From Schmidtea polychroa (lineage: Eukaryota), in the NCBI GenBank assembly GCA_044892525.1, contig CM097885.1, forward strand, positions 62,001 through 126,000: 64,000 nucleotides of DNA, given 5' to 3'. The notes below the pieces were generated by a model. It searched no databases. It was given only the letters and a program-made list of their open reading frames with translations, and had not been told where the DNA came from. Below, one piece after another: positions 1 through 11,776 of the stretch. A program made the translations under genes and the position numbers. The first letter of the stretch is position 1, and each line of letters begins with the position of its first letter.

Positions 1-1
1 A

Positions 2-253
2 ACTTTCAATTCTTGTTGTTGTTAAATCAGTATATTTTTTAAAACCATCTACATATTTCTTATTAACTGCATCAGCTTCATCAGTTGGAAAAGATAATTC
101 TTTTATCTTGTGTCCATTTAAAATTAAATCACCCTTCATTGAATCACCTCTTTCATTAATATATTTATTTTCTGTTAAAGTTAATATTTCTTCTGTATTA
201 AACCCTGTTTTTATTGTTCCACCACCTCTATTACATGGAATATAAGAACTCAT
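2..253 (-). CDS. Putative fibre/spike-like protein, runs off the window
   Basis: Manual translation from ATG at 253: MSSYIPCNRGGG...GDSMKGDLILNGHKIKELSFPTDEADAVNKKYVD, a motif type seen in trimeric fibres/adhesin necks. Lies directly after the penton. Confidence 0.55.
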   Translation of the reverse strand, partial: MSSYIPCNRGGGTIKTGFNTEEILTLTENKYINERGDSMKGDLILNGHKIKELSFPTDEADAVNKKYVDGFKKYTDLTTTRIES

Positions 254-277
254 TTATTAATAATTTAAAATGAATCT

Positions 278-1042
278 TCAAACCTGTTTCAAATGTAAAT
301 ACATTGAAATCTCTTCTCCATTAAAATCAATCAATTCTCCTTCTTGATTAAGAATTTTAAAATTAATATCCATTATATATTTTCTACATAAAGGTAAATA
401 ATTTGGAGGATTCATTCTTTCAACTATTTTATATCCCATAGGAACTGTGTTTGAGGGAAAGGAATATAAAACATTTGTTTGTTTACCATTATTATAAGAA
501 CCTGTTATACAATCGCAATGAATATTTATTGTATTTGTATTTATTATTTTTATAATATGTTCTGATGTTATTATTTTATCTTCTTTTATTGTTATATCCA
601 TAGGTTTAAATCCTAAAACTGTGTGAAAGAAACAATTATCTAAAAAACTAATTTTTATACTCTTCAAAGTCATTACACATTTTGAAGTTGGTATATCCAT
701 TTTAATTTTAATACCTTCATTTGTTTTTTTAGAAAGTATATCATTTAAATCTTTTATCTCATATGCCCCAGGTTCTATTGTTATAATTTCTGGTTTATGC
801 CCATCACGAGTTTGAATAGTAAATTTATTATTATCTTTAGTTATATTAAAAATAGTATTATAATCATAAAACCATAATAGTCCCAATTCATAATTTAAAT
901 TTTGATCTAATTTAATTGAATCTTGAAAGTTTATAGTAAACTCTGATTCTTTTGAATTTATAGATAAAGTTCTTGAATATTTATCTGACATTATGTTTAC
1001 CATTTTTTTTAAATTATCTTCCGGAGGGTTGTGAAGCTCCAT
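278..1042 (-). CDS. Polinton minor capsid protein (penton)
   Basis: IEPGAYEI and IHCDCITGSYNNGKQTNVLYSF...GYKIVE...NQEGELIDFNGE motifs typical of Polinton pentons; gene context. Confidence 0.85.
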   Translation of the reverse strand: MELHNPPEDNLKKMVNIMSDKYSRTLSINSKESEFTINFQDSIKLDQNLNYELGLLWFYDYNTIFNITKDNNKFTIQTRDGHKPEIITIEPGAYEIKDLNDILSKKTNEGIKIKMDIPTSKCVMTLKSIKISFLDNCFFHTVLGFKPMDITIKEDKIITSEHIIKIINTNTINIHCDCITGSYNNGKQTNVLYSFPSNTVPMGYKIVERMNPPNYLPLCRKYIMDINFKILNQEGELIDFNGEEISMYLHLKQV

Positions 1043-1090
1043 TTCTTTAGTAGTAAATTCATATAGTAAAAATCCTTATAGTAAAAATCC

Positions 1091-1555
1091 TTATAGTAGA
1101 GATTCTAGATCATTATAAATTTCTTGAATTATAGATTCAAAATCCTGCGTATGCCCCTTTCCCTCTCCCTTATTCAATCTATACAAAACATATAAACTTA
1201 AAATACCACATATTTTAGTATTCAAAGGTTGAACTTGTAAAGAGTTAAAAGTATAACCATTTGGGGAATCAATCGGAGAACCCCTCAAGAGATAATCTTC
1301 AACTTCTTTAGTAGGTTTAATCCCAAAAGAATCAAAGTAGATAGATTTCTTATATATACAAACCCAATGAGATCCTTTTTCATTTGAATTTTGATAATTG
1401 ATTATTATATTCAGGGGACTCTCCAGACTTGATAATTCATCATTCATTAATATTTTAATTTTTAAATTTAAATAATTTGCATAATCTTTTAAATCAAAAT
1501 TTGTTTTTGCATTTATTCCAAATGTTTTTAAAAAATCTAATATTGAAGGAGTCAT
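1091..1555 (-). CDS. Adenain-like cysteine (maturation) protease
   Basis: GSHWV (His), YFDSFG (Asp), Q-x6-CG (Gln, Cys) in the adenain order. Confidence 0.9.
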   Translation of the reverse strand: MTPSILDFLKTFGINAKTNFDLKDYANYLNLKIKILMNDELSSLESPLNIIINYQNSNEKGSHWVCIYKKSIYFDSFGIKPTKEVEDYLLRGSPIDSPNGYTFNSLQVQPLNTKICGILSLYVLYRLNKGEGKGHTQDFESIIQEIYNDLESLL

Positions 1556-1577
1556 TTTGTATTTTAAAACTTCGTAT

Positions 1578-2450
1578 TTATAACTTCGTATACTTATTAA
1601 ATTTATCTTTTGAAATTATTCCTTGTTTTAACAAATCTTTAGAAATCTTTAAAATATCAGAATCTAAATTATTATGTCCTGCTTTCCTTGCAGCTAATAG
1701 TTTTCTTAATTCAATAAAAAGATTGATGGGATTTCCTTCACTAATTATTCCCTCTCCCTCTGTAACAACATAACCCTTTTCATTTTTATTTAAATAATTC
1801 TTTAAATCTTGAATATATTTTGCTTTAGAACTAGCTCTTATTAATTTTATTAAATTTAAATATTTTTTAATTTCTTCAACATCATCTGAAAAATATCCAC
1901 AAAGTAATCTATAAAAATCATCTGTAAATTCAAAGTCTAAATATTCATTATTATAAACATTTTGTGAATGAATACGTGATTTATTTTCTGAATTTGAATA
2001 TAAAGTAAAGTTTTGTTTATTAATTGTTATTATTTGATATCCTTCAGTATTAGTATTAAATGTGGGTCTAATTGAAGGAGGTAAATCATCTCTAATTTTA
2101 GGATCAACTTTAAGAGCTTTTGTTTTTAAAAACATTTCTTCTTCTTCCACATTAGAAATTCTTCTGCGTTTTCTTTGATTTCTTTCAGGATGGTTTTCAC
2201 TGGATTCTTTTTCTTTATCCTGCCACTCTAGTTCTTTTATTTTTTGTTTTTTATCTTCTAACTCTTTAAATTTTGCTTGCTCATTGAAATCTTCCAACTC
2301 TTTTATAGCTTTAATTGTTGGCCCCTGTTGTTGTGTTATTACCTCATTTAATATTATAGATTCAGCATGTTGAGTTGTATCTTTTTTATTATATTTATCT
2401 TGTTATGATTGTATTTTTTTTAAAAGTGCTAATCTTTCTTCATATACCAT
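1578..2450 (-). pseudogene. Polinton hypothetical protein with a premature stop
   Basis: ATG at 2450 is in frame with the 239-aa ORF but has TAA at 2405-2403 (MVYEERLALLKKIQS*QDKY). C-terminal LLAARKAGHNN...LLKQGII resembles a motif common in Polinton ORFs. Confidence 0.65.
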
Positions 2451-2472
2451 TTTAATGGTATCAAAAATGGTA

Positions 2473-3048
2473 TCATAGTTCGAAGGGCTTCAAGTATAAT
2501 CCTTTACCATTTTTAGTTTTACAAAGGCATCCATTCTTTAAAGATTTACATATTTTTTTTAAACCTTCTTTATCTTTTGAAGATAAAGATTCAGATGTAG
2601 AAATTTGATTTTTTAAAAAATCATTTAAACCTCTACCTTTATAAGGATCAAGATAGAGACCTTTGCCCTGAGACTTTTGCCGACTCCCCTCATATGGATT
2701 AAGATAGAGACCCTTTCCAACGGACACTCCCCCTTTAGCTTGCCCTACCTTCTTCATTGAATCGATTTCAGTTTGTAGTTTTTCTTTTTCTAGGTCTGTC
2801 TTTTGAGATTCTTTAGCTTTTTGAACTGTAGTTGCAATTCCTCCAGCTATTCCAGCAGCACCTGATAAACCAGCAATGATTGCAGGTATTAAAGCAGCTA
2901 ATGGAAGAATGCCACCTTTAGCTTCGTGGAGCTTCGCTCTAACTTGTTCTTTTACATGTTTTCCAATAAAATATTTTTTACCATCAATTACTACTGATTT
3001 ATTTTTATTTGAATTTATTAATTCTTGCAAAGATTCTTCAGTTGTCAT
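2473..3048 (-). CDS. Putative virion core/membrane-active protein, adenovirus pX-like
   Basis: KGGILPLAALIPAIIAGLSGAAGIAGG hydrophobic segment after a GG site, plus three GKGLYL repeats. Confidence 0.7.
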   Translation of the reverse strand: MTTEESLQELINSNKNKSVVIDGKKYFIGKHVKEQVRAKLHEAKGGILPLAALIPAIIAGLSGAAGIAGGIATTVQKAKESQKTDLEKEKLQTEIDSMKKVGQAKGGVSVGKGLYLNPYEGSRQKSQGKGLYLDPYKGRGLNDFLKNQISTSESLSSKDKEGLKKICKSLKNGCLCKTKNGKGLYLKPFEL

Positions 3049-3063
3049 TTTATAATAAACAAA

Positions 3064-3855
3064 ATGGATATTTGGAAACCAATTTTAAATAGACATAAGA
3101 GTAAATTTAATAATAAAGTATTTCCTGATAATTTTAGATTATTAATTGTTGGTTCTTCTGGATGTGGAAAGAATGTACTTGTTTTGAGAATGTTACTTGA
3201 AGATGATTTTTTAGATTATAATAATTTTATCTTTTATTCTACAACCATAAATCAACCAGAATTACAACTTTTGAAATGTGGATTTGAAAATAAATTAACT
3301 AAAAAAGCAATAATTGATATTTTTAAAAATCAACATAGGTGTCCTGAAGAAGTTTTTCAACCTTGTGATATGGTTGATTGGTATAAGGAAAAGATTTTAG
3401 AATCAGATATTAGTAATAAAAATGATTATATTTGTGAAGAAGGGCAGGAGGCAATTCAAGTTTTATTCTCTAATAAACCTGAAGATGTTTTACATTGTGA
3501 TTTACTTCCTAAAGATAAAAAGAATCTAGTTATATTTGATGATGTTGTTAATATGAAAAATCAAGAGATTCAAAAGAGTTACTTTACACGAGGTCGACAT
3601 AATAATTGTAATGTTATTTATATATCTCAAACATATTATGCTTTAGATAAAAATTCAATAAGAAATAATTCCAATTGTTTTATATTTTTTAAATTAGATC
3701 GCCGTGATAAGAATATGATTTATAATGATTTATTTTCAAATGTTGAACCTGATAAGAATATGTTTGATATGTTTGTTGATAATCATTGGAAAGAAAAATA
3801 TAATTATATTTATTTGGATAGAGAAGAAGCTGAAATATGGAAAAGTTTGTTTTAG
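3064..3855 (+). CDS. A32/FtsK-like DNA packaging ATPase
   Basis: Walker A GSSGCGKN, Walker B LVIFDD, TRGRH and ISQ motifs. Likely start is the ATG at 3064 (MDIWKP). Confidence 0.92.
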   Translation: MDIWKPILNRHKSKFNNKVFPDNFRLLIVGSSGCGKNVLVLRMLLEDDFLDYNNFIFYSTTINQPELQLLKCGFENKLTKKAIIDIFKNQHRCPEEVFQPCDMVDWYKEKILESDISNKNDYICEEGQEAIQVLFSNKPEDVLHCDLLPKDKKNLVIFDDVVNMKNQEIQKSYFTRGRHNNCNVIYISQTYYALDKNSIRNNSNCFIFFKLDRRDKNMIYNDLFSNVEPDKNMFDMFVDNHWKEKYNYIYLDREEAEIWKSLF

Positions 3856-3866
3856 GGCTTGTCGAC

Positions 3867-5280
3867 TTAAAAATCTGTTTTCTGTAGTTCATTATTATAA
3901 AATCTACCTAATATTTTTTCATTATTTAAATCAAAGATGGTATATGTTATTGGAGTTGTATAATGTATTTTATTTATAATAAAAATTTCATTTGTCCATT
4001 TTGCTGTGAATCCTTTTTCAAATTTATTTTTATATTTAAATATTCTTACTCGGTCACCAATTTTAAACTTTGGTTTTTCAATAACATCATTTTCAATATT
4101 TACCACTTTAATGGTTTCAGGCTTCATGGAAGCATTTAAAGGTGTTAATTTTATAGAACTATGTACATCATTATTATATTCATTTACAATCTTTTGTAAC
4201 AATTCATTGTTCCATTTTTGTTTTCCAATAGCAGTAAAATATTTCCACATTTTATTTTTTAATGTTCTATTTAATCTTTCAACTACGACTGCTTTTCCTT
4301 CGTTTTCTGTTGAATATAATTTAATATCATTTTCATTTAAAAACTTTGTAAAAACTTTGTTATAAAATTCTGTTCCTTTATCACACCATAAATATTTTGG
4401 GATTCTTTGATTTTCTTCAAATATATTTTCAAATGCTTCTGTAATAGAATATCCTGTTTTATTTTCTAAACATCTTGCAAAAGCAAATCTTGTATATAAA
4501 TCTATTACAGTTAAAATTATTTTATATTTTTCAGGGTCTGATGATTTGGGCATAAAGACTAAATCTGCAGACCATGTTTGATCTTTTTCATGTACTTGAA
4601 CTTTTAAATATTTTTTATTTTTTCTAAATTCATGGTGTAATTCCTTTGCATATTTTATTTCTGATTCTGTTGGGGTTTGTAAACTAGTCTTGGCTGTACT
4701 CTCGAGGGATCTTTCAATCTCTGCTTGTTCGATAATCTTTTTATAAGCAACATCTTTTGCTTTCCTAGGAAGTCTTGCACCCATGGTGATCGGACTGTGT
4801 CCTAAGCCTATGAAAATCTTACCTTTCATTGCTAATTTAACTAGAGCTCTTTGAATCTTTTCTTGGGTTGATGGATTTTGGATACTATTTAAATCATGTA
4901 TTAAATTCACATCTGCAACATGTCTATCTCTAAGATTTGTTGAATTGTATGCAATGTCATGTTTTAAAGCTGCTTGATCAATTCTATTTATTGGTTCTTC
5001 TCCTTGTTTGGGATTATTATTTTCATCTAATCTAATATCTAGACGTGTTCCTGGTCCAGTATAGTTGTGTTTAAATTACTATATGTCTTTCACCTGGATA
5101 TTTTTCTGTAGTAAAAGGTTTTAATATTGAAGATGTTGTTTTTGAAGATTGCAAATCGCCTCCAGCTCGTGGAATTAGATCACCTCCTGTATGTTTTTTA
5201 GTTTTTAAATGACTTGCTTTATGAAGTCTTGTAACTTGACAATTACAACTTTCACATCTCCAATATTTATTTAGAGACAT
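3867..5280 (-). pseudogene. Retroviral-type (RVE) integrase with N-terminal C2H2 finger and parvovirus-like PLA2 domain; frameshift near 5075
   Basis: DDE motifs WSADL, CDKGTEF, VVERLNRTLK. The frame stays open upstream of 4910 through HNYTGPGT...DQAALKHDIAY. The CxxC..H..H ORF at 5071-5280 is in a different frame. Confidence 0.85.
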
Positions 5281-5309
5281 TTTAAAATGTTAAAATATCA
5301 GGGATTATA

Positions 5310-6596
5310 TCAAGAATCTCCCCTAACATTTTCGATTATTGAAATCTTTCCACCATATAATTTCATTTCTATTTTCTTTTCTTCTAATATTAATGTATAT
5401 ACTTTAGCTTTAAAATTAGAATCCTTTGTTACATGAAGTGTAACATCAACATTATTTATGGCTAGGCGATCATCTTGGTCTGAAACATTTATACAAAATA
5501 TAGAATATAAATTTTTGAAATCTTCTAAACTTAGTTGCGGTTCAACTTTGAAATCATAACATGTTTCAATATAATTTAGATATGGGAATATGTTTTCATT
5601 ATTTTCAATATTAAATTCCATTCTATTTATTGGATAATAAGAACTATTTAATTGAATTTGGATTGTTTTTAAATTATCAACTCCAATCTTTTGAATAAAC
5701 AAGTTGTTATTTTTTTGGAAAGATGAATCTACTTCTTTGAATCCAATCAAGATATATCTTGGTCAGTATGCTAAATTTGCTACCTTTATAGAATATGTTG
5801 AACCCTCTGTCATACTAAATTCACTACAGATTCTATTTAAATAATTTACATTTATAGACTTGTTGGAATTTAATCTTTCAAGGAGTTTAATCTCAGAATG
5901 TGGGTTTAATGTCCATTCAGGTATATGTAATTCAAGTGTTGATAATTTTAATTTAGCTTTTGTATCTACAGCTCCATAGAACAATCTTTTATCACCTTCT
6001 ACTCTATTACAAACTAATTCTATAAAAACATTATGAAGTATACGATTATAGTTTTGAAGGAATCCAAACAAGTGTTTTAATTCAAAATAACCTTCAAATT
6101 TTTTAGATTTATAAAGTTCAGCTCTTTTATGGTAACCATGGTTTACATCTAAACCATCTTTATCTAAATCCCCTTTATTAACATCAGGAATCCAACTTGT
6201 TAATTCACCATATTCGTTTTTATAATCACAACCAGTCAAAATAAAATTTAACATTGTAGAATATACTCCCGGATGCAAAACAGTTTCAATTTCTGATGAT
6301 CCTAGTTTTAATCTCATGTTGGAGAATAAATTTGGAAAGAAATTATTTTCTAGGGTTATATCTTTGTTTGCTTCAATTTCTAATTCGATTTTATAATATA
6401 ATTTGGCATTACAAATATCTATAGGGTTTGATGTTTGAAGAGATTGAAAAACTATATCACCCCTACGATTTAAGTTTGCAATAGATCCTGAAGTTGGGGA
6501 GATTTTAAGTACATCGTTTTTCTTGATTTCATGAGTAAATTCTTTATTATAATAAAGATTTAATTTATTTTTTTCTTGAATTTTTATATTATTCAT
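5310..6596 (-). pseudogene. Major capsid protein (double jelly-roll, hexon-like) with one in-frame stop
   Basis: The two track ORFs are one frame (429 codons) split by TGA at 5765-5763 (NLAY*PRYILIGF). NNFFPNLFS, PLxxLFGF-like LKHLFGF and QLNSSYYP motifs. Confidence 0.85.
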
Positions 6597-6652
6597 TTTT
6601 ATATATTAAAATTTACACACACAAAATAGGATTAATTAAATATATTATGTAA

Positions 6653-6725
6653 GCCATTATAGCGGAGTGGGAATAGGCTTCAATTTTATCACCGGGAGTA
6701 CCGGGTTCAATTTTCGATTTTGGTC
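6653..6725 (+). ncRNA. tRNA-like Pol III unit 1
   Basis: A box TAGCGGAGTGG at tRNA position 8, B-box-like GGGTTCAATT, 73 nt, followed by a T run. No convincing anticodon arm. Confidence 0.45.
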
Positions 6726-6924
6726 AATTTTTTTCGATATTTTTTTTTCAAAGGAATCTGATTCAGCGTACTGACTTTAGTATATATTTAAATTTTCAGA
6801 TGGATCTGAGTGGTAGTTGTCGAGAAAATGAATAATTAATTATTAATAGTAGGTAGATAGTAGCCTACGGGTTCCCAACTCATTTTTTTGCTTTCAGGGA
6901 TTTTGTTCCAAATTTTTTTTTTAT

Positions 6925-7470
6925 CACACTATAGTGAGGGGGTCTCGATGGTCCTGGGATTTTCAATACAAAAAATTTTTTTCAATACAAAAATCCGACT
7001 ATCAATAAAAAAGCATAGAATTTTCAGACTATAGTGAGGGGGTCTCGATGGTCCTGGGATTTTCAATACAAAAAATTTTTTTCAATACAAAAATCCGACT
7101 ATCAATAAAAAAGGATAGAATTTTCAGACTATAGTGAGGGGGTCTCGATGGTCCTGGGATTTTCAATACAAAAATCCGACTACCACTAAAAAAGCATGGA
7201 ATTTTTCACACTATAGTGAGGTGAGTCTCCTTGGTCCTGAGAAATAGGTGGTCTACACTAAAAAAGCATGGTAATTTAAGGTCTCAGGATATTTTCAATA
7301 CAAAAAGCTGGTCTACACTAAAAAAGCATGGTAATTTAAGGTCTCAGGATATTTTCAATACAAAAATCCGACTATCACTAAAAAAGCATGGATTTTTCTA
7401 GGTCAATTAAGGTGGGTCTCCTTGGTCCTGAGAATTTCAATAGACAAAGGTGGTCTACACTAAAAAACGC
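6925..7470. repeat. Subterminal tandem repeats of B (ACTATAGTGAGGGGGTCTCGATGGTCCTGGGATTTTCAATAC-type units)
   Basis: Several variable-length units; recur in every B arm. Confidence 0.85.
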
Positions 7471-7479
7471 GGTAAATTT

Positions 7480-8390
7480 TTTAAAATTACAGTAAATTAT
7501 GGGTCTAAAAATTGAATTACAGTAAATTATGGACTAAGATTTTTAAATTACAGTAAATTATGGTCCAAATTTTTCAATTAAAGTAAATTATGGTTCAAAT
7601 TTTTCAAATAAGGTAATTATGGTCCTAAAAAATTAAATAACAGTAAATTATGGCTCAAATTTTTAAATTAAATTAAATAATGGTTCTAAAAAATTAAATT
7701 AAAGTAAATTATGGCTCAAATTTTCAAATAAGGTAATAATGGTCCTAAAAAATTAAATTACAGTAAATAATGGTTCTAAAAATTAAATTAAAGTAAATTA
7801 TGGTTCTAAAATATTAAATTACAGTAAATTATGGTCCAGATTTTTCAATTAAAGTAAATAATGGTCCAAATTTTTGAATTAAAGTAAATTTAAGTTCTTA
7901 AAAATTAAATTACAGTAAATAATGGTCCAAATTTTTAAATTAAGTAATCAATGGTAAAAAATTTTAAATAAGTAAATTAAAGTAATAATTTTTAAATAAG
8001 TAAATTAAAGTAATGTAATAAGTAAATTAAAGTAAGATTTTAAAATTTATTAACAAAAAGTTGAAGGTGTTTGAGAATTGAAATTTTTTAATGGAAATTT
8101 TTATGAAATATTTTTTTAAGTAATTTTTAATGGAAATTTTTATGAAATATTTTTTTAGGTAATTTTTAATGGAAATTTTTATGAAATATTTTTTTAGGTA
8201 ATTTTTAATGGAAATTTTTATGAAATAATTTTTTAAGTAATTTTTAATGGAAATTTTTATGAAATATTTTTCAATGATAATTTTAGATGGAAATTTTTAT
8301 GAAATATTTTTCAATGATAATTTTAGATGGAAATTTTTAAGATAATTTTTAATGAAAATTTTTATGAAATATTTTTCAAAGACAAATTTT
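7480..8390. repeat. B internal minisatellites: ~30-bp AAATTACAGTAAATTATGG units, then ~39-bp GGAAATTTTTATGAAATATT units
   Basis: Direct reading of the periodic units. Confidence 0.85.
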
Positions 8391-8399
8391 AATAATAAT

Positions 8400-9450
8400 T
8401 CAACAACAAACCAACAACTTAGTACCAACAACCAGTAACTTATGAACATGTATTAACAACCAGATACCTACAACTAGTTACTAACAACCAGTTACCTGAT
8501 ACCAGATACCTACAACTAGATACCTACAACTAGTTACCTGATACCAACTACTAACAACCACCTACCCATTAACTAGCTACAACCAGCTAACAACTAGACA
8601 CCACGTACAAAATAACTCTCAAACAACCAAGTACTTACAACTAATTACCAGATACCAAGTACTATCAACCAGCTTACAACCTGATACCAACAACTAACAA
8701 CCAACTACCAAGTACTTACAACTAGATACTAACAACCAGTTACCTGATACCAAGTACCTACAATTAGATACCACGTACTAAAAAACTCTCAAACAACCAA
8801 GTACCTACAACTAATTACCAGATACCAAGTACTATCAACCAGCTAACAACCTGATACCAACTACTCACAACCAGATAACAACTAACAACCAGATACCAAG
8901 TACTTACAACTAGTTACTAACAACTAGCTACCAACTACTAAGTACTAACAACCAACATCAACTAGGTACTAAGCATTATCAACCAAGTACTAACAACTAG
9001 ATACCTAGTTACTAACAACCCGCTAACAACTAACAACTAGATACCAAGTACCAGTAAATTACGAACATGTATTAACAACCAGATACCTACAACTAGTTAC
9101 CTGATAGCAACCAACTAGCTACCAACTACTAAGTACCTACAACCAACATCAACCAGGTACTAAGCATTAATTACCAACTACTAAGTACCTACAACCAACT
9201 AACAACCACCTACCAAGTACTAAGCATTATCAACCAACTACTAAGTACCTACAACCAACTAGCTACCACCTACAACTAGATACTAACAACCAGTTACCAA
9301 CTACTAAGCATTAATTACCTACAACTAGTTACTAACAACTAGATACCAAGTACATACAACCAGACACTAAGCATTATCAACCAAGTACTAACAACCAAGT
9401 ACAAGATACCTAGTACTGTCAACTAGATACCAAACACTTACAACCAGATG
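8400..9450. repeat. Strand-biased A/C-rich cryptic repeat block of B
   Basis: Shuffled short words (CAACTAG, ATACC, AAGTACT, AACAACC). Mirror copies near 30525-31975 and 47580-48670; direct copy near 36620-37670. Confidence 0.85.
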
Positions 9451-9817
9451 ACCACATGAAATTATTGGTTAAATATGAAAATAAGGGTTATAATTAGTTG
9501 TTTAGTAAATTATGGTGTAAAATTAAGTAATAAAGCATAAATAGGTAAATTAAGGATAAGTAAATTAAAGTTAAAAAATTAAATTAAAGTTAATTAAGGT
9601 CCAAATTTTAAAAATAAGTAATCAATGTTCTAAAAAATTAAATTAAAGTTAAATAAGTAAATTAAAGTAATAATTTTTAAAGAATTTAATTAAAGTAATA
9701 ATTTTTAAATAAGTAATGTAATAAGTAAATTAAAGTAAGATTTTTAATTTTATTATCAAAAGATTGAATAACCACCAACTTTTTTGAGAAATGTAATTTA
9801 TAATGAAAATTTAAATG

Positions 9818-9868
<51 letters not shown>

Positions 9869-11291
9869 TAATAATAATTCAACAGTTACCAACAATCGGT
9901 TACTGATTATTTTTTAACTAGGTGCTAACAAATACTTACAACTAGATACCACGTACTAACTAACTCTCAAACAACCAGATACTTACAACTAACTACTAAA
10001 TATTCTTCACTGTATTTTATGAAATGCTTTTTAAATTAATATTTTTTATACAGCTTCTATAATAATTTTAATTACAATCAGTAGAAAAACCTTTTCAAAA
10101 TGTCTAAATTTAACAAAAATGTTGATTTTCATCAAAAAACCACAACTCAACCACTTTAAAACACCACGTGGAATTCAAAATAATTACAATGAAAGACTAA
10201 TGAATTCTAATTTACAAAACATTCTTCTTTTAAATGATAACTACTGACTTATTATTGCAAAGTAAAAATCACATTCAATAAATACTTATTATTGATCAGT
10301 TTTATTATATATACTCTGAGTTTATCCGACAGGATGTTTTGACCCCCTAAGGGTACAGGTCGTAAGGGTATTAGTCGTAAGGGTACTGGTCGTAAAGGTA
10401 CTAGTCGTAGGGGTATTGGTAACACTTAACCACAACCTACCCATTAACTAGCTACTAAGTACTAACCACTAGATTTCAAACAACAACTACTAACAACCAC
10501 CATCAAAACCCATCGAGAAATTAACAAATATCAACCTACAACTATATAACAATCAGTAAACAACACTGTACCAACTACCAAATACAAGAAACCAACAACT
10601 TAGTACCAACAATCAACTAACAACACATAAAAATAATAGCAATTAAATACAAAATATTCTTCATCGCATACACTATTTTCTTATCAAAATCTAAAAAGTC
10701 AATCAGATACCAACTACCAAGTACCAAGTACTAACAACCAACTACCTAGAACCAACAACTATGTACTAACAAATTGATCTTTAAAAGCAAATACTCTTCA
10801 CTTGAAAAATTGGATGAAAAATTATTTGAACTCAAGGCATCAATAACTTGGTAAAAATTGATTAAATAATTGTAAAAATTTAAATTATTCAAAATAAATA
10901 TCATAAAAATTTAATTAATGGACAAGAAAAAATTCTAATCATCCAATAAATAAAAAAAAATGCTGATCATTCAAGTTGAATCAACTAAGATAATAAATTA
11001 ATAAGATAAGATCTAGTAGATAATTGATTAAGATTGAATAAATTAATTTAAATAAAATAAAATTTAATTATTTTTGTAAAAGTAATACATGTACTCAAAT
11101 TGATTGACTGATTTCTCAATATATTCAAAAAAAATCAGTATAAATTCATTACAATTATCAAAGTCAGCAATCTACAATAAAAATAATTATCATAAAATTC
11201 CAAAAGAGACTAGATAACTAATGATAACATCTAATAAACCAGTAAATTTATTTAAATGACAATAATTGGTATATCCTAGTGAATTCTCCAA

Positions 11292-11745
11292 AGTAGTGAA
11301 TAGTAAGGACTCCAGGACACTTTCAAGGTCATCCCAATGTCCAGATCAAATATAGGTCAATCGAATCATTTTTTTTTTAATTAACATTTTATTTAATTAC
11401 TTCTTTTTAATTTTTTTTTTTTTTTTTTTTTTCATTTTAATTTTATTAATTAATTATTTTATTATGTTTTATTTTAATTTATTACATTTAATTAATTTAT
11501 TAGTTTATTAATATTTTATTTTAATTACTTACGCTATTTAATTATTATTATTATTATTATTATTTTTTTTTTTTTTAATTAATTTATTTATTTTTTAATT
11601 TTATTTAATTACTTCTATTTATTTTTTTTTTCTTTTTAATTTTCTTAATTAATTATTTTATTATGCTTTTATTTTAGTATTATTTTATTATTTTATTATT
11701 TTATTTATTATTATTATTTTTTTTTATTTTTTTATTTTTTTTTTA

Positions 11746-11776
<31 letters not shown>

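Noticed and set aside
1477..4365. Short opposite-strand or shifted ORFs (1477, 3689, 3725, 4006), and likewise 16453, 18460, 25505, 27542, 52173, 52419, 63458 and their copies
   Set aside because: Shadows of real genes, with no recognisable motifs.
6925..7470. Repeat arrays as CRISPR (also 21165-21910 and 22091-22218)
   Set aside because: The spacers are not unique, there are no cas genes, and the context is eukaryotic.
9686..9895. Poly-Leu/poly-Ile ORFs (also 30082, 37871, 59809, 60020, 60028)
   Set aside because: Translations of (AAT)n/(TTA)n microsatellites.
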